64,000 nucleotides of DNA from assembly GCA_963741955.1 (NCBI GenBank), contig CAVUKB010000005.1, forward strand, positions 1,152,001-1,216,000, given 5' to 3'. Source of the DNA: an uncultured Acidobacteriota bacterium (GTDB lineage: Bacteria > Acidobacteriota > Thermoanaerobaculia > Gp7-AA8). The position numbers were made by a program, and so were the translations under genes. The stretch's first letter is position 1. Each line of letters begins with the position of its first letter. Shown here in pieces: positions 10,110-22,188 of this stretch. The notes under the pieces are model-generated. The model was given only the letters and a program-made list of their open reading frames with translations. It ran no database searches and had not been told where the DNA came from.

Positions 10110-10485
10110 GAGATCGGCGGCAAAGTCGAAAGCGCCAGCAGCATCGACCAGACGGCGGAGCCTGTCGGCGGTTCACGGTGAGGCGATCGCTTCCGCGCCG
10201 GAGCTCGACCGGCTGATCCACGAACGGCTGCGGCTCGGAATCGTCAGCGCTCTCGCGGTCAACGACAGCCTCACCTTCGGCGAGCTGAAGGATCTTCTCG
10301 ACACGTCCGACGGAAACCTCAGCGTTCACGCCCGGAAGCTGGAGGACGCCGGCTACGTCTCCTGCAGCAAGAGCTTCCAGGGAAGGTTGCCGAGGACCGA
10401 GTACCGTCTCACCGCCGCCGGACGCCGCGCTCTGGAGCGATACCTCGGGCACATGGAGTCGATCATCCAGGCGGTCACCGGGTAA
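10099..10485 (+). CDS. Winged-helix transcriptional regulator (ArsR/MarR-like, HTH_34 type)
   Basis: LDRLIHERLRLGIVSAL...TFGELK...SDGNLSVHARKLEDAGY...PRTEYRLTAAGR. Confidence 0.9.
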   Translation: MVAKRSAAKSKAPAASTRRRSLSAVHGEAIASAPELDRLIHERLRLGIVSALAVNDSLTFGELKDLLDTSDGNLSVHARKLEDAGYVSCSKSFQGRLPRTEYRLTAAGRRALERYLGHMESIIQAVTG

Positions 10486-10487
10486 CT

Positions 10488-11170
10488 TCCGCGATCCTCG
10501 CGAGCGCGGCTTCGCCTCGGCCAAAGACACCGGGCCGGTTCGCTCGTCTGCACCCCCCAGCGAGACAGGATCTCCGAGGGGTGCGGATCCTCTGATCCGC
10601 CGCGAGGATCGGGTCGAAGCCGACGAAGACGAAGGCTGCGGTGATACGCGGAGCGTCGGCGAAACGCGATCCTCGCGAGAGCGGCTTCGCCTCGGCCAAA
10701 GACACCGTCCCATTTCGCTCGAACGCGATTTACGCGGCAGATCGGAGGATCTGCCGCGAGGATCGGGTCGAAGCCGACGAAGACCGAGACTATGGCTCTG
10801 TGCGGAGCGTCGGTCGCCATGCGCGATCCTCGCGAGAGCGGCTTCGCCTCGGCCAAAGACACCGTCCCATTTCGCTCGAACGCGATCTACGCGGCAGATC
10901 GGAGGATCTGCACCCCCCACAATCTGCAGGGCTCCCGAGGGGCGCAGATCCTCTGATCTGCCGCGAGGATCGGGTCGAAGCCGACGAAGACCGAGACTAT
11001 GGCTCTGTGCGGAGCGTCGGTCGCCATGCGCGATCCTCGCAAGAGCGGCTTCGCCTCGGCCAAAGACACCGTCCCATTTCGCTCGAACGCGATCTACGCG
11101 GCAGATCGGAGGATCTGCACCCCCCGGAATCTCGAGGGATCTCCGAGGGGCGAGGATCGGGTCGAAGAAC
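10488..11170. repeat. REP-like palindromic repeat cluster (family A), 4 units
   Basis: gcgatcctcgcgagagcggcttcgcctcggccaaagacacc at about 10491, 10666, 10823, 11030; internal hairpins gcagatc-ggag-gatctgc and inverted ggg(t/c)gc(a/g)gatcctctgatc(t/c)gcc. Confidence 0.85.
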
Positions 11171-11188
11171 CACGTGACTTCGGCCTGG

Positions 11189-11205
11189 ACTTTGCAGTAT
11201 AAAGT
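11189..11205. promoter_or_regulatory. Putative palindromic operator (copy 2) overlapping a -10-like TATAAA
   Basis: ACTTTGcagtaTAAAGT ending 5 nt before the uppS ATG. Confidence 0.6.
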
Positions 11206-11210
11206 ACTTC

Positions 11211-12069
<859 letters not shown>

Positions 12070-12083
<14 letters not shown>

Positions 12084-13236
12084 CGTTCTCATCGCCGGCG
12101 CCGGACTGGCGGGACTCGAGCTTGCGCGGCAGCTCGCCCGGCGTGGTCTCGACGTCGTGCTTGCAGAACGAAAACGCGACCCGGGATCGAAGGTTCAGAC
12201 CACCGGTATCTTCGTCCGCCGCACCTTCGACGAGCTCGATCTTCCTCCCCGCTGTCTCGGCGTCCCGATCCGCACGGTCACGCTCTACTCTCCTTCGCGG
12301 CGGCGAAGACTCACTCTTCGAAGCGCGAAGGACGAATTCCGGATCGGACGGATGCCGGAGCTCTACCGGCATCTCCTCCGTTCCTGCGTCGAGCTCGGAG
12401 TCCGGTTCCTCCCCTCCACGAGCTACGCCGGGGTGACGACCGGACCGTCGGGATCCACCGTTCGGCTCGAGACATCCGATGGAGCGACGACTCTCGATGT
12501 CGCGGTTCTCGTCGGAGCCGACGGCGCGCGCTCCCGCGTCGCTGCGGATCTCGGGCTCGACGTCAACCGCCGCTTTCTCGCAGGTGTGGAAGAGGTCTTT
12601 CCCGATCCTCTCGCCGACGCGGAACCGGAGCTCCACTGCTTTCTCGATCCACACCTTGCACCCGGCTATCTCGCATGGATCGCGAGAGACGGAGGAGAAG
12701 TCCACGTCGGACTCGCGGGTCATTCCGCTCGGTTCGATCCCTCATACGCGTTGCGCGCCTTCCTCCCCATCGCGGCGGAATTCGTCCCGTTCGACTCCGC
12801 CGCACGGATCGAACGTCGCGGAGGGTTGATTCCGGTCGGAGGAATTCACCGGCGGATTGCGAACCGTCACGGCCTGCTGGTCGGAGACGCGGCGGGAGCG
12901 GTCTCGCCTCTCACCGCCGGAGGACTCGACGCATGCATGCGCATGCCGTCGCATGTCGCGGATCTCATCGAGCTGTCCATCCTTAACGGCGACCGGAGAT
13001 CGATCGAGCGTTTCCATGGGCGGGAACTGCGCGCCCGCTTCGCTTCGAGACTCTGGATGCGTCGCGTCCTCGACTTCGCATCATCCTCCGTCGCCCTTAC
13101 CGAGCTCGGATCCGCGCTCCTCACCGCAGCGCCATTCAGAGCGATCGCGCGGCACGTCTTCTTCGGACGAAGCTCGTTTCCCGATCGCGACGCGAAGCTC
13201 GGGGCCCGAGGCTCGAGGCTGGGGGCTCGAGGCTAG
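12070..13236 (+). CDS. FAD-dependent oxidoreductase, geranylgeranyl reductase-like
   Basis: [46 protein letters not shown]. Confidence 0.85.
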
Positions 13237-13252
13237 AGTCGTGAGGCTCGAG

Positions 13253-16200
13253 ACGTCCGCTCCCGCAGCCGCAGTCCATCCGCTCTCGCGAGGGTCGCGC
13301 TCCCCTCTCCCCGTCCGCAATCGAACATCTTCAGCCCGAAATCGCCATTCGGGGAGAGGGGCCAGAGGGTGAGGGGAAGTTCGCCGCGCAAGATGCGGTG
13401 ACTGATGAATTGCGAGAACTGCGCACCGTGTCATCGCACGATCTCCGCGACTGACTTTCAGGGTTGCCCCTCACCCTTCCCTCTCCCCGAACTTCGGTTC
13501 TCGACTGAAGTTCATGAGTGCGGACGGGGAGAGGGTCAGGTCTACGTAACACCCAAGCGTCGGCGTCCGCTCCCGCAGCCGCAGTCCATCCGCTCTCGCG
13601 AGGTCGCGCTCCCCTCTCCCCGTCCGCAATCGAACATCTTCAGCCCGAAATCGCCATTCGGGGAGAGGGGCCAGGGGGTGAGGGGAAGCTCGCCGCGCAA
13701 GATGCGGTGACTGATGAATTGCGAGAACTGCGTGACGTGTCATCGCACGATCTCCGCGACGAACTTTCAGGGTTGCCCCTCACCCTTCCCTCTCCCCGAA
13801 TTTCGGTCCGCCGACTGAAGTTCATGAGTGCGGACGGGGAGAGGGTCAGGTCTACGTAACACCCAAGCGTCGGCGTCCGCTCCCGCAGCCGCAGTCCATC
13901 CGCTCTCGCGAGGGTCGCGCTCCCCTCTCCCCGTCCGCAATCGAACATCTTCAGCCCGAAATCGCCATTCGGGGAGAGGGGCCAGGGGGTGAGGGGAAGT
14001 TCGCCGCGCAAGATGCGGTGACTGATGAATTGCGAGAGCTGCGTGACGTGTCATCGCACGATCTCCGCGACGAACTTTCAGCGTTGCCCCTCACCCTTCC
14101 CTCTCCCCGAACTTCGGTTCGCCGACTGAAGTTCATGAGTGCGGACGGGGAGAGGGTGCTGCCGCGCGAGAGCGAAGAGCTTCGGCTGAAGGGAGAACGC
14201 TCGAGAAGGACGGCCGCGTCGACAATACTCACGAGGGGAGAGGGTCAGGTCTACGCAATACCCACCCTTGGGGCGTCCGCTCCCGCAGCCGCAGTCCATC
14301 CGCTCTCGCGAGGTCGCGCTCCCCTCTCCCCGTCCGCAATCGAACATCTTCAGCCCGAAATCGCCATTCGGGGAGAGGGGCCAGGGGGTGAGGGGAAGCT
14401 CGCCGCGCAAGATGCGGTGACTGATGAATTGCGAGAACTGCGTGACGTGTCATCGCACGATCTCCGCGACGAACTTTCAGGGTTGCCCCTCACCCTTCCC
14501 TCTCCCCGAATTTCGGTCCGCCGACTGAAGTTCATGAGTGCGGACGGGGAGAGGGTGCTGCCGCGCGAGAGCGAAGAGCTTCGGCTGAAGGGAGAACGCT
14601 CGAGAAGGACGGCCGCGTCGACAATACTCACGAGGGGAGAGGGTCAGGTCTACGCAACACCCAAGCGTCGGCGTCCGCTCCCGCAGCCGCAGTCCATCCG
14701 CTCTCGCGAGGTCGCGCTCCCCTCTCCCCGTCCGCAATCGAACATCTTCAGCCCGAAATCGCCATTCGGGGAGAGGGGCCAGGGGGTGAGGGGAAGTTCG
14801 CCGCGCAAGATGCGGTGACTGATGAATTGCGAGAACTGCGCACCGTGTCATCGCACGATCTCCGCGACGAACTTTCAGGGTTGCCCCTCACCCTTCCCTC
14901 TCCCCGAACTTCGGTCCTCGACTGAAGTTCATGAGTGCGGACGGGGAGAGGGTTAGGTCTACGTAACGTCCGCTCCCGCAGCCGCAGTCCATCCGCTCTC
15001 GCGAGGTCGCGCTCCCCTCTCCCCGTCCGCAATCGAACATCTTCAGCCCGAAATCGCCATTCGGGGAGAGGGGCCAGGGGGTGAGGGGAAGCTCGCCGCG
15101 CAAGATGCGGTGACTGATGAATTGCGAGAACTGCGCACCGTGTCATCGCACGATCTCCGCGACGAACTTTCAGGGTTGCCCCTCACCCTTCCCTCTCCCC
15201 GAACTTCGGTCCTCGACTGAAGTTCATGAGTGCGGACGGGGAGAGGGTTAGGTCTACGTAACGTCCGCTCCCGCAGCCGCAGTCCATCCTCACTCGCGAG
15301 GGTCGCGCTCCCCTCTCCCCGTCCGCAATCGAACATCTTCAGCCCGAAATCGCCATTCGGGGAGAGGGGCCAGGGGGTGAGGGGAAGCTCGCCGCGCAAG
15401 ATGCGGTGACTGATGAATTCCGAGAGCTGCGCACCGTGTCATCGCACGATCTCCGCGACGAACTTTCAGGGTTGCCCCTCACCCTTCCCTCTCCCCGAAC
15501 TTCGGTTCTCGACTGAAGTTCATGAGTGCGGACGGGGAGAGGGTTAGGTCTACGCAATACCCACCCTTGGGGCGTCCGCTCCCGCAGCCGCAGTCCATCC
15601 GCTCTCGCGAGGTCGCGCTCCCCTCTCCCCGTCCGCAATCGAACATCTTCAGCCCGAAATCGCCATTCGGGGAGAGGGGCCAGAGGGTGAGGGGAAGCTC
15701 GCCGCGCAAGATGCGGTGACTGATGAATTGCGAGAACTGCGTGACGTGTCATCGCACGATCTCCGCGACGAACTTTCAGCGTTGCCCCTCACCCTTCCCT
15801 CTCCCCGAACTTCGGTTCGCCGACTGAAGTTCATGAGTGCGGACGGGGAGAGGGTTAGGTCTACGTAACGTCCGCTCCCGCAGCCGCAGTCCATCCTCTC
15901 TCGCGAGGGTCGCGCTCCCCTCTCCCCGTCCGCAATCGAACATCTTCAGCCCGAAATCGCCATTCGGGGAGAGGGGCCAGGGGGTGAGGGGAAGTTCGCC
16001 GCGCAAGATGCGGTGACTGATGAATTGCGAGAACTGCGCACCGTGTCATCGCACGATCTCCGCGACGAACTTTCAGGGTTGCCCCTCACCCTTCCCTCTC
16101 CCCGAACTTCGGTTCTCGACTGAAGTTCATGAGTGCGGACGGGGAGAGGGTGCTGCCGCGCGAGAGCGAAGAGCTTCGGCTGAAGGGAGAACGTGCGAGA

Positions 16201-17643
16201 AGGACGGCCGCGTCGACAATACTCACGACGGGGAGAGGGTCAGGTCTACGCAACAGCCATCCTTGGGACGTCCGCTCCCGCAGCCGCAGTCCATCCGCTC
16301 TCGCGAGGTCGCGCTCCCCTCTCCCCGTCCGCAATCGAACATCTTCAGCCCGAAATCGCCATTCGGGGAGAGGGGCCAGGGGGTGAGGGGAAGTTCGCCG
16401 CGCAAGATGCGGTGACTGATGAATTGCGAGAACTGCGCACCGTGTCATCGCACGATCTCCGCGACGAACTTTCAGGGTTGCCCCTCACCCTTCCCTCTCC
16501 CCGAACTTCGGTTCGCCGACTGAAGTTCATGAGTGCGGACGGGGAGAGGGTGCTGCCGCGCGAGAGCGAAGAGCTTCGGCTGAAGGGAGAACGTGCGAGA
16601 AGGACGGCCGCGTCGACAATACTCACGCGTTGCCCCTCACCCTTCCCTCTCCCCGAACTTCGGTCCTCGACTGAAGTTCATGAGTGCGGACGGGGAGAGG
16701 GTCAGGTCTACGTAACACCCAAGCGTCGGCGTCCGCTCCCGCAGCCGCAGTCCATCCGCTCTCGCGAGGGTCGCGCTCCCCTCTCCCCGTCCGCAATCGA
16801 ACATCTTCAGCCCGAAATCGCCATTCGGGGAGAGGGGCCAGGGGGTGAGGGGAAGTTCGCCGCGCAAGATGCGGTGACTGATGAATTGCGAGAGCTGCGC
16901 GACGTGTCATCGCACGATCTCCGCGACTGACTTTCAGGGTTGCCCCTCACCCTTCCCTCTCCCCGAACTTCGGTCCTCGACTGAAGTTCATGAGTGCGGA
17001 CGGGGAGAGGGTCAGGTCTACGTAACACCCAAGCGTCGGCGTCCGCTCCCGCAGCCGCAGTCCATCCGCTCTCGCGAGGGTCGCGCTCCCCTCTCCCCGT
17101 CCGCAATCGAACATCTTCAGCCCGAAATCGCCATTCGGGGAGAGGGGCCAGGGGGTGAGGGGAAGTTCGCCGCGCAAGATGCGGTGACTGATGAATTGCG
17201 AGAACTGCGCACCGTGTCATCGCACGATCTCCGCGACGAACTTTCAGGGTTGCCCCTCACCCTTCCCTCTCCCCGAACTTCGGTTCGCCGGCTGAAGTTC
17301 ATGAGTGCGGACGGGGAGAGGGTTAGGTCTACGTAACGTCCGCTCCCGCAGCCGCAGTCCATCCTCACTCGCGAGGGTCGCGCTCCCCTCTCCCCGTCCG
17401 CAATCGAACATCTTCAGCCCGAAATCGCCATTCGGGGAGAGGGGCCAGGGGGTGAGGGGAAGCTCGCCGCGCAAGATGCGGTGACTGACGAATTCCGAGA
17501 ACCGCGCGACGTGTCATTGCACGATCTCCGCGACGAACTTTCAGCGTTGCCCCTCACCCTTCCCTCTCCCCGAACTTCGGTCCTCGACTGAAGTTCATGA
17601 GTGCGGACGGGGAGAGGGTGCTGCCGCGCGAGAGCGAAGAGCT
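13253..17643. repeat. 4.4-kb tandem array of 13 REPIN-like units (family C, cccctcaccc/ccctctcccc...ggggagaggg)
   Basis: Unit start gtccgctcccgcagccgcagtcc at 13255, 13565, 13875, 14275, 14673, 14968, 15263, 15574, 15870, 16270, 16731, 17041, 17338. Confidence 0.95.
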
Positions 17644-17676
17644 GGTCTCCGAATTGTCGTGAACGCCGTGCACGAT

Positions 17677-18630
17677 CTAGCCTCGAGCCTCGATTCCTTC
17701 GATCTCTCCCCGGGCGATCCGCTCGCCCGGCAGCAGCAGCGAATGGATGGTCAGATGCAACGGGACGGCGATCTGCTTTTCCGCACCGAGCCGGAGCATC
17801 GCTCCGAGCTGGTCATCGAGCTCCGAAGGGCGCCTCTCTTCGAGATCGCGCTGCATCGACGCTCTGGTGGCGGACGGGATCGAATCGACCGCCTTCATGG
17901 TCGCGACCACCGCTCCGTCGTCGAGCGCCACATTGTGTGCGCGGCCTACCGTGACGATCTCCTCCATCAACGCTTCGAGCGCATGACGGCTCTCGGGGAC
18001 ACTGCGAAACACGCCGGCAGGCACCCGGGTAATCCCTCCGATTGCGCCGAGCGGCTCGACGAAGAGAAACTTCTTCCAGATCGTCACGTGGATGTCTTCC
18101 GCGACTGTGGCCGTGAGCCCGGTCGCGCGGTCGAACCGCTCTCTCAACGTGCGAATCCGATCGCTCGAACGGTTGTCGAGCTCACCGAACTCGATGGTCG
18201 GATGAAGCCCGAGGTGCAGGATCGTTCCAGGCTCACCGACAGTGCACGCGATTCGGCAGACTCCGCCGGCGACGTGCGGCCGCCCGAACGCGGAGGCGAG
18301 AATCGACGGCGCTTCCACTCCATTCTGCAGAGGCACGACGAGAGTTCCCTCCCCGATCAGCGGCTGCATCGACTCGAGTGATTCGCGCAACTGCCACGCC
18401 TTCGTCGCGGCGATCACGACGTCCACGGGACCAGCCTCCGCGGGAGATCCGGTCGCCTCCACCTTCTCCAGATGGCAGTCGCCCTCCGGGCTGCGGATGG
18501 TCAGACCCTTGCTCTGCAGCGCCTCCAGCTGCTTGCCCCGCGCGATGAAGACGACATCCTCGCCCGCCTCGGCGAGTCTTCCACCGAAGTATCCGCCCAC
18601 CGCTCCCGTACCGAAGATCGCAATTCGCAT
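17677..18630 (-). CDS. panE: 2-dehydropantoate 2-reductase
   Basis: MRIAIFGTGAVGGYFG, ATKAWQ, PLQNGV, WKKF, ASMQRD...RPSELD. Confidence 0.92.
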   Translation of the reverse strand: MRIAIFGTGAVGGYFGGRLAEAGEDVVFIARGKQLEALQSKGLTIRSPEGDCHLEKVEATGSPAEAGPVDVVIAATKAWQLRESLESMQPLIGEGTLVVPLQNGVEAPSILASAFGRPHVAGGVCRIACTVGEPGTILHLGLHPTIEFGELDNRSSDRIRTLRERFDRATGLTATVAEDIHVTIWKKFLFVEPLGAIGGITRVPAGVFRSVPESRHALEALMEEIVTVGRAHNVALDDGAVVATMKAVDSIPSATRASMQRDLEERRPSELDDQLGAMLRLGAEKQIAVPLHLTIHSLLLPGERIARGEIEGIEARG

Positions 18631-18694
18631 CTACCCTCCATCGCGAACGCTGCACGTTCGCGCACGCTGCAACCGAACGATCGGATCGTTCGGT

Positions 18695-20053
18695 TCACTT
18701 CCCCAGCAGCTCGAACACGGCGAGAGCGAACGCCTTCACTCCGGAACGAATCGTCGGCGCCGGAACGGGAGCGAATTGCGACGAGTGAAGCGGTGGCAGT
18801 GGCACGCCGCTCTCGCGGCTCGCCTCGACCTTCGCCGGATCGACGGCACCGATCCGGAACTGCAGCACCGGAATCTTCCGGTCCAGCCCGAAGTGTCCGA
18901 CATCCTCGCTCACCATCTCGGGCGGAATCTGCACCACCTGATCATCGCCGAAGCCCTTTTTCCAGACCGCAGCGAGACGCGCGGTCAACTCCGGATCGTT
19001 GTACAGAGCGTCTCCCCGCTCGTTCTTCGACACGGTCACCACAGGCATCCTGTCGTCGGGCATTCCCGCAGCCATCGCCAGTCCTTTCGAGACCCGTGCG
19101 ATCGACTCGAGCACCCTCTTCCGCACCTCGTCCTTGTACGTGCGAACCGTGAGCTGCAGGACGACCTGGTCGGGAATGATGTTCCTCTTCGTTCCTCCGT
19201 GAATCGAGCCGACCGTGATCACCACCGGATCGAGCGGCGAACGCTCGCGGCTGACGATGGTCTGCAGAGCGAGAATGGTCTCCGCCGCGAGCACCACCGG
19301 ATCCTTCGTCTTTTCCGGCATCGCTCCGTGTCCACCCACTCCGCGGATGGTGATGTCGACCGAATCGATGTTGGCGAGAGCGTAACCCGGACAGTACGCG
19401 ACCAGACCTGCGGGAAGATCGGACGAGTCGTGAAGCCCGAGCACCCAATCCGGCTGCGGAACTTTCTCGTACAGCCCATCCCGCAACATCGCGTCCGCCC
19501 CTTTTCCGAGCTCCTCGGCGGGCTGACCGATGATCACCACCGTCCCGTGCCACCGATCCTTCATCTCCGAGAGGACGGTCGCAGTCCCCAGCATCGTCGC
19601 CATGTGAATGTCGTGACCGCACGCGTGCATCACCCCCACCATCTCTCCCGATGCGTTCTTCGACTTGACCGTGCTGGCGTATGGGAGTCCGGTCTGTTCA
19701 GTCACCGGAAGTGCATCCATGTCGGTACGGAGCAGGACCACCGGCCCGTCGCCGTTCTTCATCACCGCCGCGACGCCGTATCCCTTCAGATCCGGATCTT
19801 CGTACCGGCCGAGGTGGTCGATCACGTTGAAACCGAGCTTCCGCAGACGGTCGGCGAAGAATGCGGAGGTCTTCTCTTCGTGACCCGACAGCTCCGGCGC
19901 AGCGTGCAGCGACTGGTATGTCGTGACGAGTGCGGGAAGCTCGGCATCGATCTTCGAATCGAGACCCGAAGCCTCCCGGCTCTGTGCCGCGAGTGGAGCC
20001 GCGGCGAGCAGAGAGAGAACGACGGCGCATGAGATTGCGGCGGAACGAATCAT
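18695..20053 (-). CDS. Secreted M20 family amidohydrolase
   Basis: Signal peptide; LHAAPELSGHE, RTDMDALP, MHACGHDIH, QPAEE, GGHGA, SEDV, LHSS. Confidence 0.92.
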   Translation of the reverse strand: MIRSAAISCAVVLSLLAAAPLAAQSREASGLDSKIDAELPALVTTYQSLHAAPELSGHEEKTSAFFADRLRKLGFNVIDHLGRYEDPDLKGYGVAAVMKNGDGPVVLLRTDMDALPVTEQTGLPYASTVKSKNASGEMVGVMHACGHDIHMATMLGTATVLSEMKDRWHGTVVIIGQPAEELGKGADAMLRDGLYEKVPQPDWVLGLHDSSDLPAGLVAYCPGYALANIDSVDITIRGVGGHGAMPEKTKDPVVLAAETILALQTIVSRERSPLDPVVITVGSIHGGTKRNIIPDQVVLQLTVRTYKDEVRKRVLESIARVSKGLAMAAGMPDDRMPVVTVSKNERGDALYNDPELTARLAAVWKKGFGDDQVVQIPPEMVSEDVGHFGLDRKIPVLQFRIGAVDPAKVEASRESGVPLPPLHSSQFAPVPAPTIRSGVKAFALAVFELLGK

Positions 20054-20160
20054 CGGCTTTCCTCCTGAGAAAATGACGAACCAGGATCGAGAGAGCTCCG
20101 AGCATCGCTCCGGCGTTCTTCTCGTTCTCGACTCTGACTTCTGCATTCTGCCTCCATGTT

Positions 20161-21885
20161 CTACATCGAGATGGATCCCTTGCGGAAGGAGCTCCTCCCC
20201 AGCCACGCGTTGACAAGCACCGGGCGTCCGCTCGAGGCGATCTCTCTGGCGCGTTCGAGCGCGGGCAGCAGTGCCGCGCGCTCCCGGACGACGATTCCCT
20301 CCGCTCCCAGCCCTTCCGCCGCCCGATGATAGTCGGTGCGGGCGAGAGCACATCCGGTGTCGTCCCCGAGCACCTCGATCTGCTCCCGTGCGATCTGGCT
20401 CCAGCAGGCGTCGTTGCCCACCACCGCGATCACGCCGATGCGATGCCTCGCGAATGTGTCGAGCTCCGCGAGGGTGAACCCGACCGAACCGTCGCCATAG
20501 AGAATCCAGACCTCACGGCCGGGCCGGGCCGCCGCCGCGCCGAGCGCGAACCCGGCGCCGACGCCGAGCGTCCCGAACGGCCCGGGGTCGAGCCATGAGA
20601 GCGGCTGGTGCGGATGGAGGGTGTACGCCGCAGTCGCGACGAAGTCACCGCCGTCCGCGACGAGAACGGCGCGGTCGGAGAGCACTCCGTCGAGAGCCCT
20701 GCAGAGCGCGATCGGATTGATTCCTCCGTCGTCGTCGGCGGACTGCGCGACGATCTCCTCCTCCCGCGAGCGCTCCGCTCCCTCGAGAAGGTCGATCCAC
20801 TCCGGTCTGTGCTCCGCACCCACCATTCTGGAGAGCATCCGGAAAAACATTCCGGGGTCGGTCTCGATCGCCTGAGAGGGACGGAGGTTGAGGGTCAGGT
20901 CTTTCCTCTCGCGCCCGACCGCGATCACTTTCGCATTCCTTCCGATCTGCCTTCCGTAGTCGAGACGGAAATCCGCCGGCACCCCCGCGAGGATCACCAG
21001 GTCCGCAGCGGCGAGAGCCTTCTTTCGATGGTGTTTCATCTGGAGCGGGTCGCGTTCTCCGAGCAGTCCCCGCGCCATTCCGGAGAGAAACACCGGGATC
21101 CCGAGTTTCCGGATCGCTTCGGCAGTCTCGCCGGCCTTCGCCGGTTCACCTGTGGTCGAGCTCCCGGCGAGGATCAGAGGTCTGCGACTCCCGGCGATCG
21201 CGCGCGCCACGGCGGCCAGTGCGGCGCGGGTCGGTTCGGCGCGGCCGATCTCGATCGGTCCGGGGATCTCTCCAGCACCGCCGGCGAAGAGCCGGTTCGT
21301 ATGCCACGCGAGCCATCGAGCCTGCAGTGACGCAGCGATGGAACGACGGCCGCGCCGTGACGCCGCACCGTACCACTCGCGGACGATGCTCTCGTCATAG
21401 AGGAGATCGACCGGGCACTGGACGAATACCGGTCCCGGCACACCGGAACGCGCGGATGCGAACGCTCGCGTCAGAACCGGAGCGAGCTCGCGCAACCGGC
21501 GTACCGGGAAGACCTCCTTCACGTGAGGTCTGACTGCGGTGATCTGGTCGATGTCCTGAAGAGCGCCCCTCCCCCGCAGCACGGTCGCGGTGGCGCCACC
21601 GAGAAGCACGAGAGGAGATGCAGCGAGGAGGGCGTTCCGCAGCGCCGTCGTCGCGTTCGTCACTCCCGGGCCGGCCGTCACCGCGGCAACTCCCGGAACC
21701 CCTTTGAGCCGCGCATAGGCATCGGCGGCGAAGACAGCCGTCGCTTCATGACGCGTATCGATCACTCGAAGCCCGCGGCGTTTCGCCTCCACCAGGATCG
21801 GGGAGATGTGGCCCCCGCAGAGTGTGAAGAGCGTGTCGATCCCGTGTCGCGCCAGAACCTCCGCGATGATCGCTCCGCCATTCAT
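20161..21885 (-). CDS. Thiamine pyrophosphate-binding protein (acetolactate synthase / 2-hydroxyacyl-CoA lyase-like)
   Basis: [48 protein letters not shown]...GND TPP motif. Confidence 0.9.
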   Translation of the reverse strand: MNGGAIIAEVLARHGIDTLFTLCGGHISPILVEAKRRGLRVIDTRHEATAVFAADAYARLKGVPGVAAVTAGPGVTNATTALRNALLAASPLVLLGGATATVLRGRGALQDIDQITAVRPHVKEVFPVRRLRELAPVLTRAFASARSGVPGPVFVQCPVDLLYDESIVREWYGAASRRGRRSIAASLQARWLAWHTNRLFAGGAGEIPGPIEIGRAEPTRAALAAVARAIAGSRRPLILAGSSTTGEPAKAGETAEAIRKLGIPVFLSGMARGLLGERDPLQMKHHRKKALAAADLVILAGVPADFRLDYGRQIGRNAKVIAVGRERKDLTLNLRPSQAIETDPGMFFRMLSRMVGAEHRPEWIDLLEGAERSREEEIVAQSADDDGGINPIALCRALDGVLSDRAVLVADGGDFVATAAYTLHPHQPLSWLDPGPFGTLGVGAGFALGAAAARPGREVWILYGDGSVGFTLAELDTFARHRIGVIAVVGNDACWSQIAREQIEVLGDDTGCALARTDYHRAAEGLGAEGIVVRERAALLPALERAREIASSGRPVLVNAWLGRSSFRKGSISM

Positions 21886-22188
21886 CGGACCCATTATGTA
21901 CGGCAACGGCCGATTTGCGAATGCGTCACCGCCAGGCGTCCGCGTGCGTCGCGCCACGATTCATCGACGGGCTTTCTGCTCCGGTGCACGAGACGAGATC
22001 CGGCGATCACCCGAATGCGAGTCCCCGAGCTTCCACCGCCCATTTCCCACCGAGGTTGCGCCCCCGCGCGAGTGGACTCAAGTTGTGGAATATTCGGCGC
22101 TTCCGAAGCTGAGCCGCCGTTTGGCCCCCAAGGCCGGACGACCGGCTTCTTCTGTCGATCTCGCGAGCGGAGCTCGAGTGGAGAAAAC

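Noticed and set aside
13331-17474. Many ORFs inside the family C array
   Set aside because: Repetitive translations in all frames with no SD or domain motifs
13253-17643. CRISPR array
   Set aside because: Units are about 300 bp, linkers recur rather than being unique spacers, and there are no cas genes
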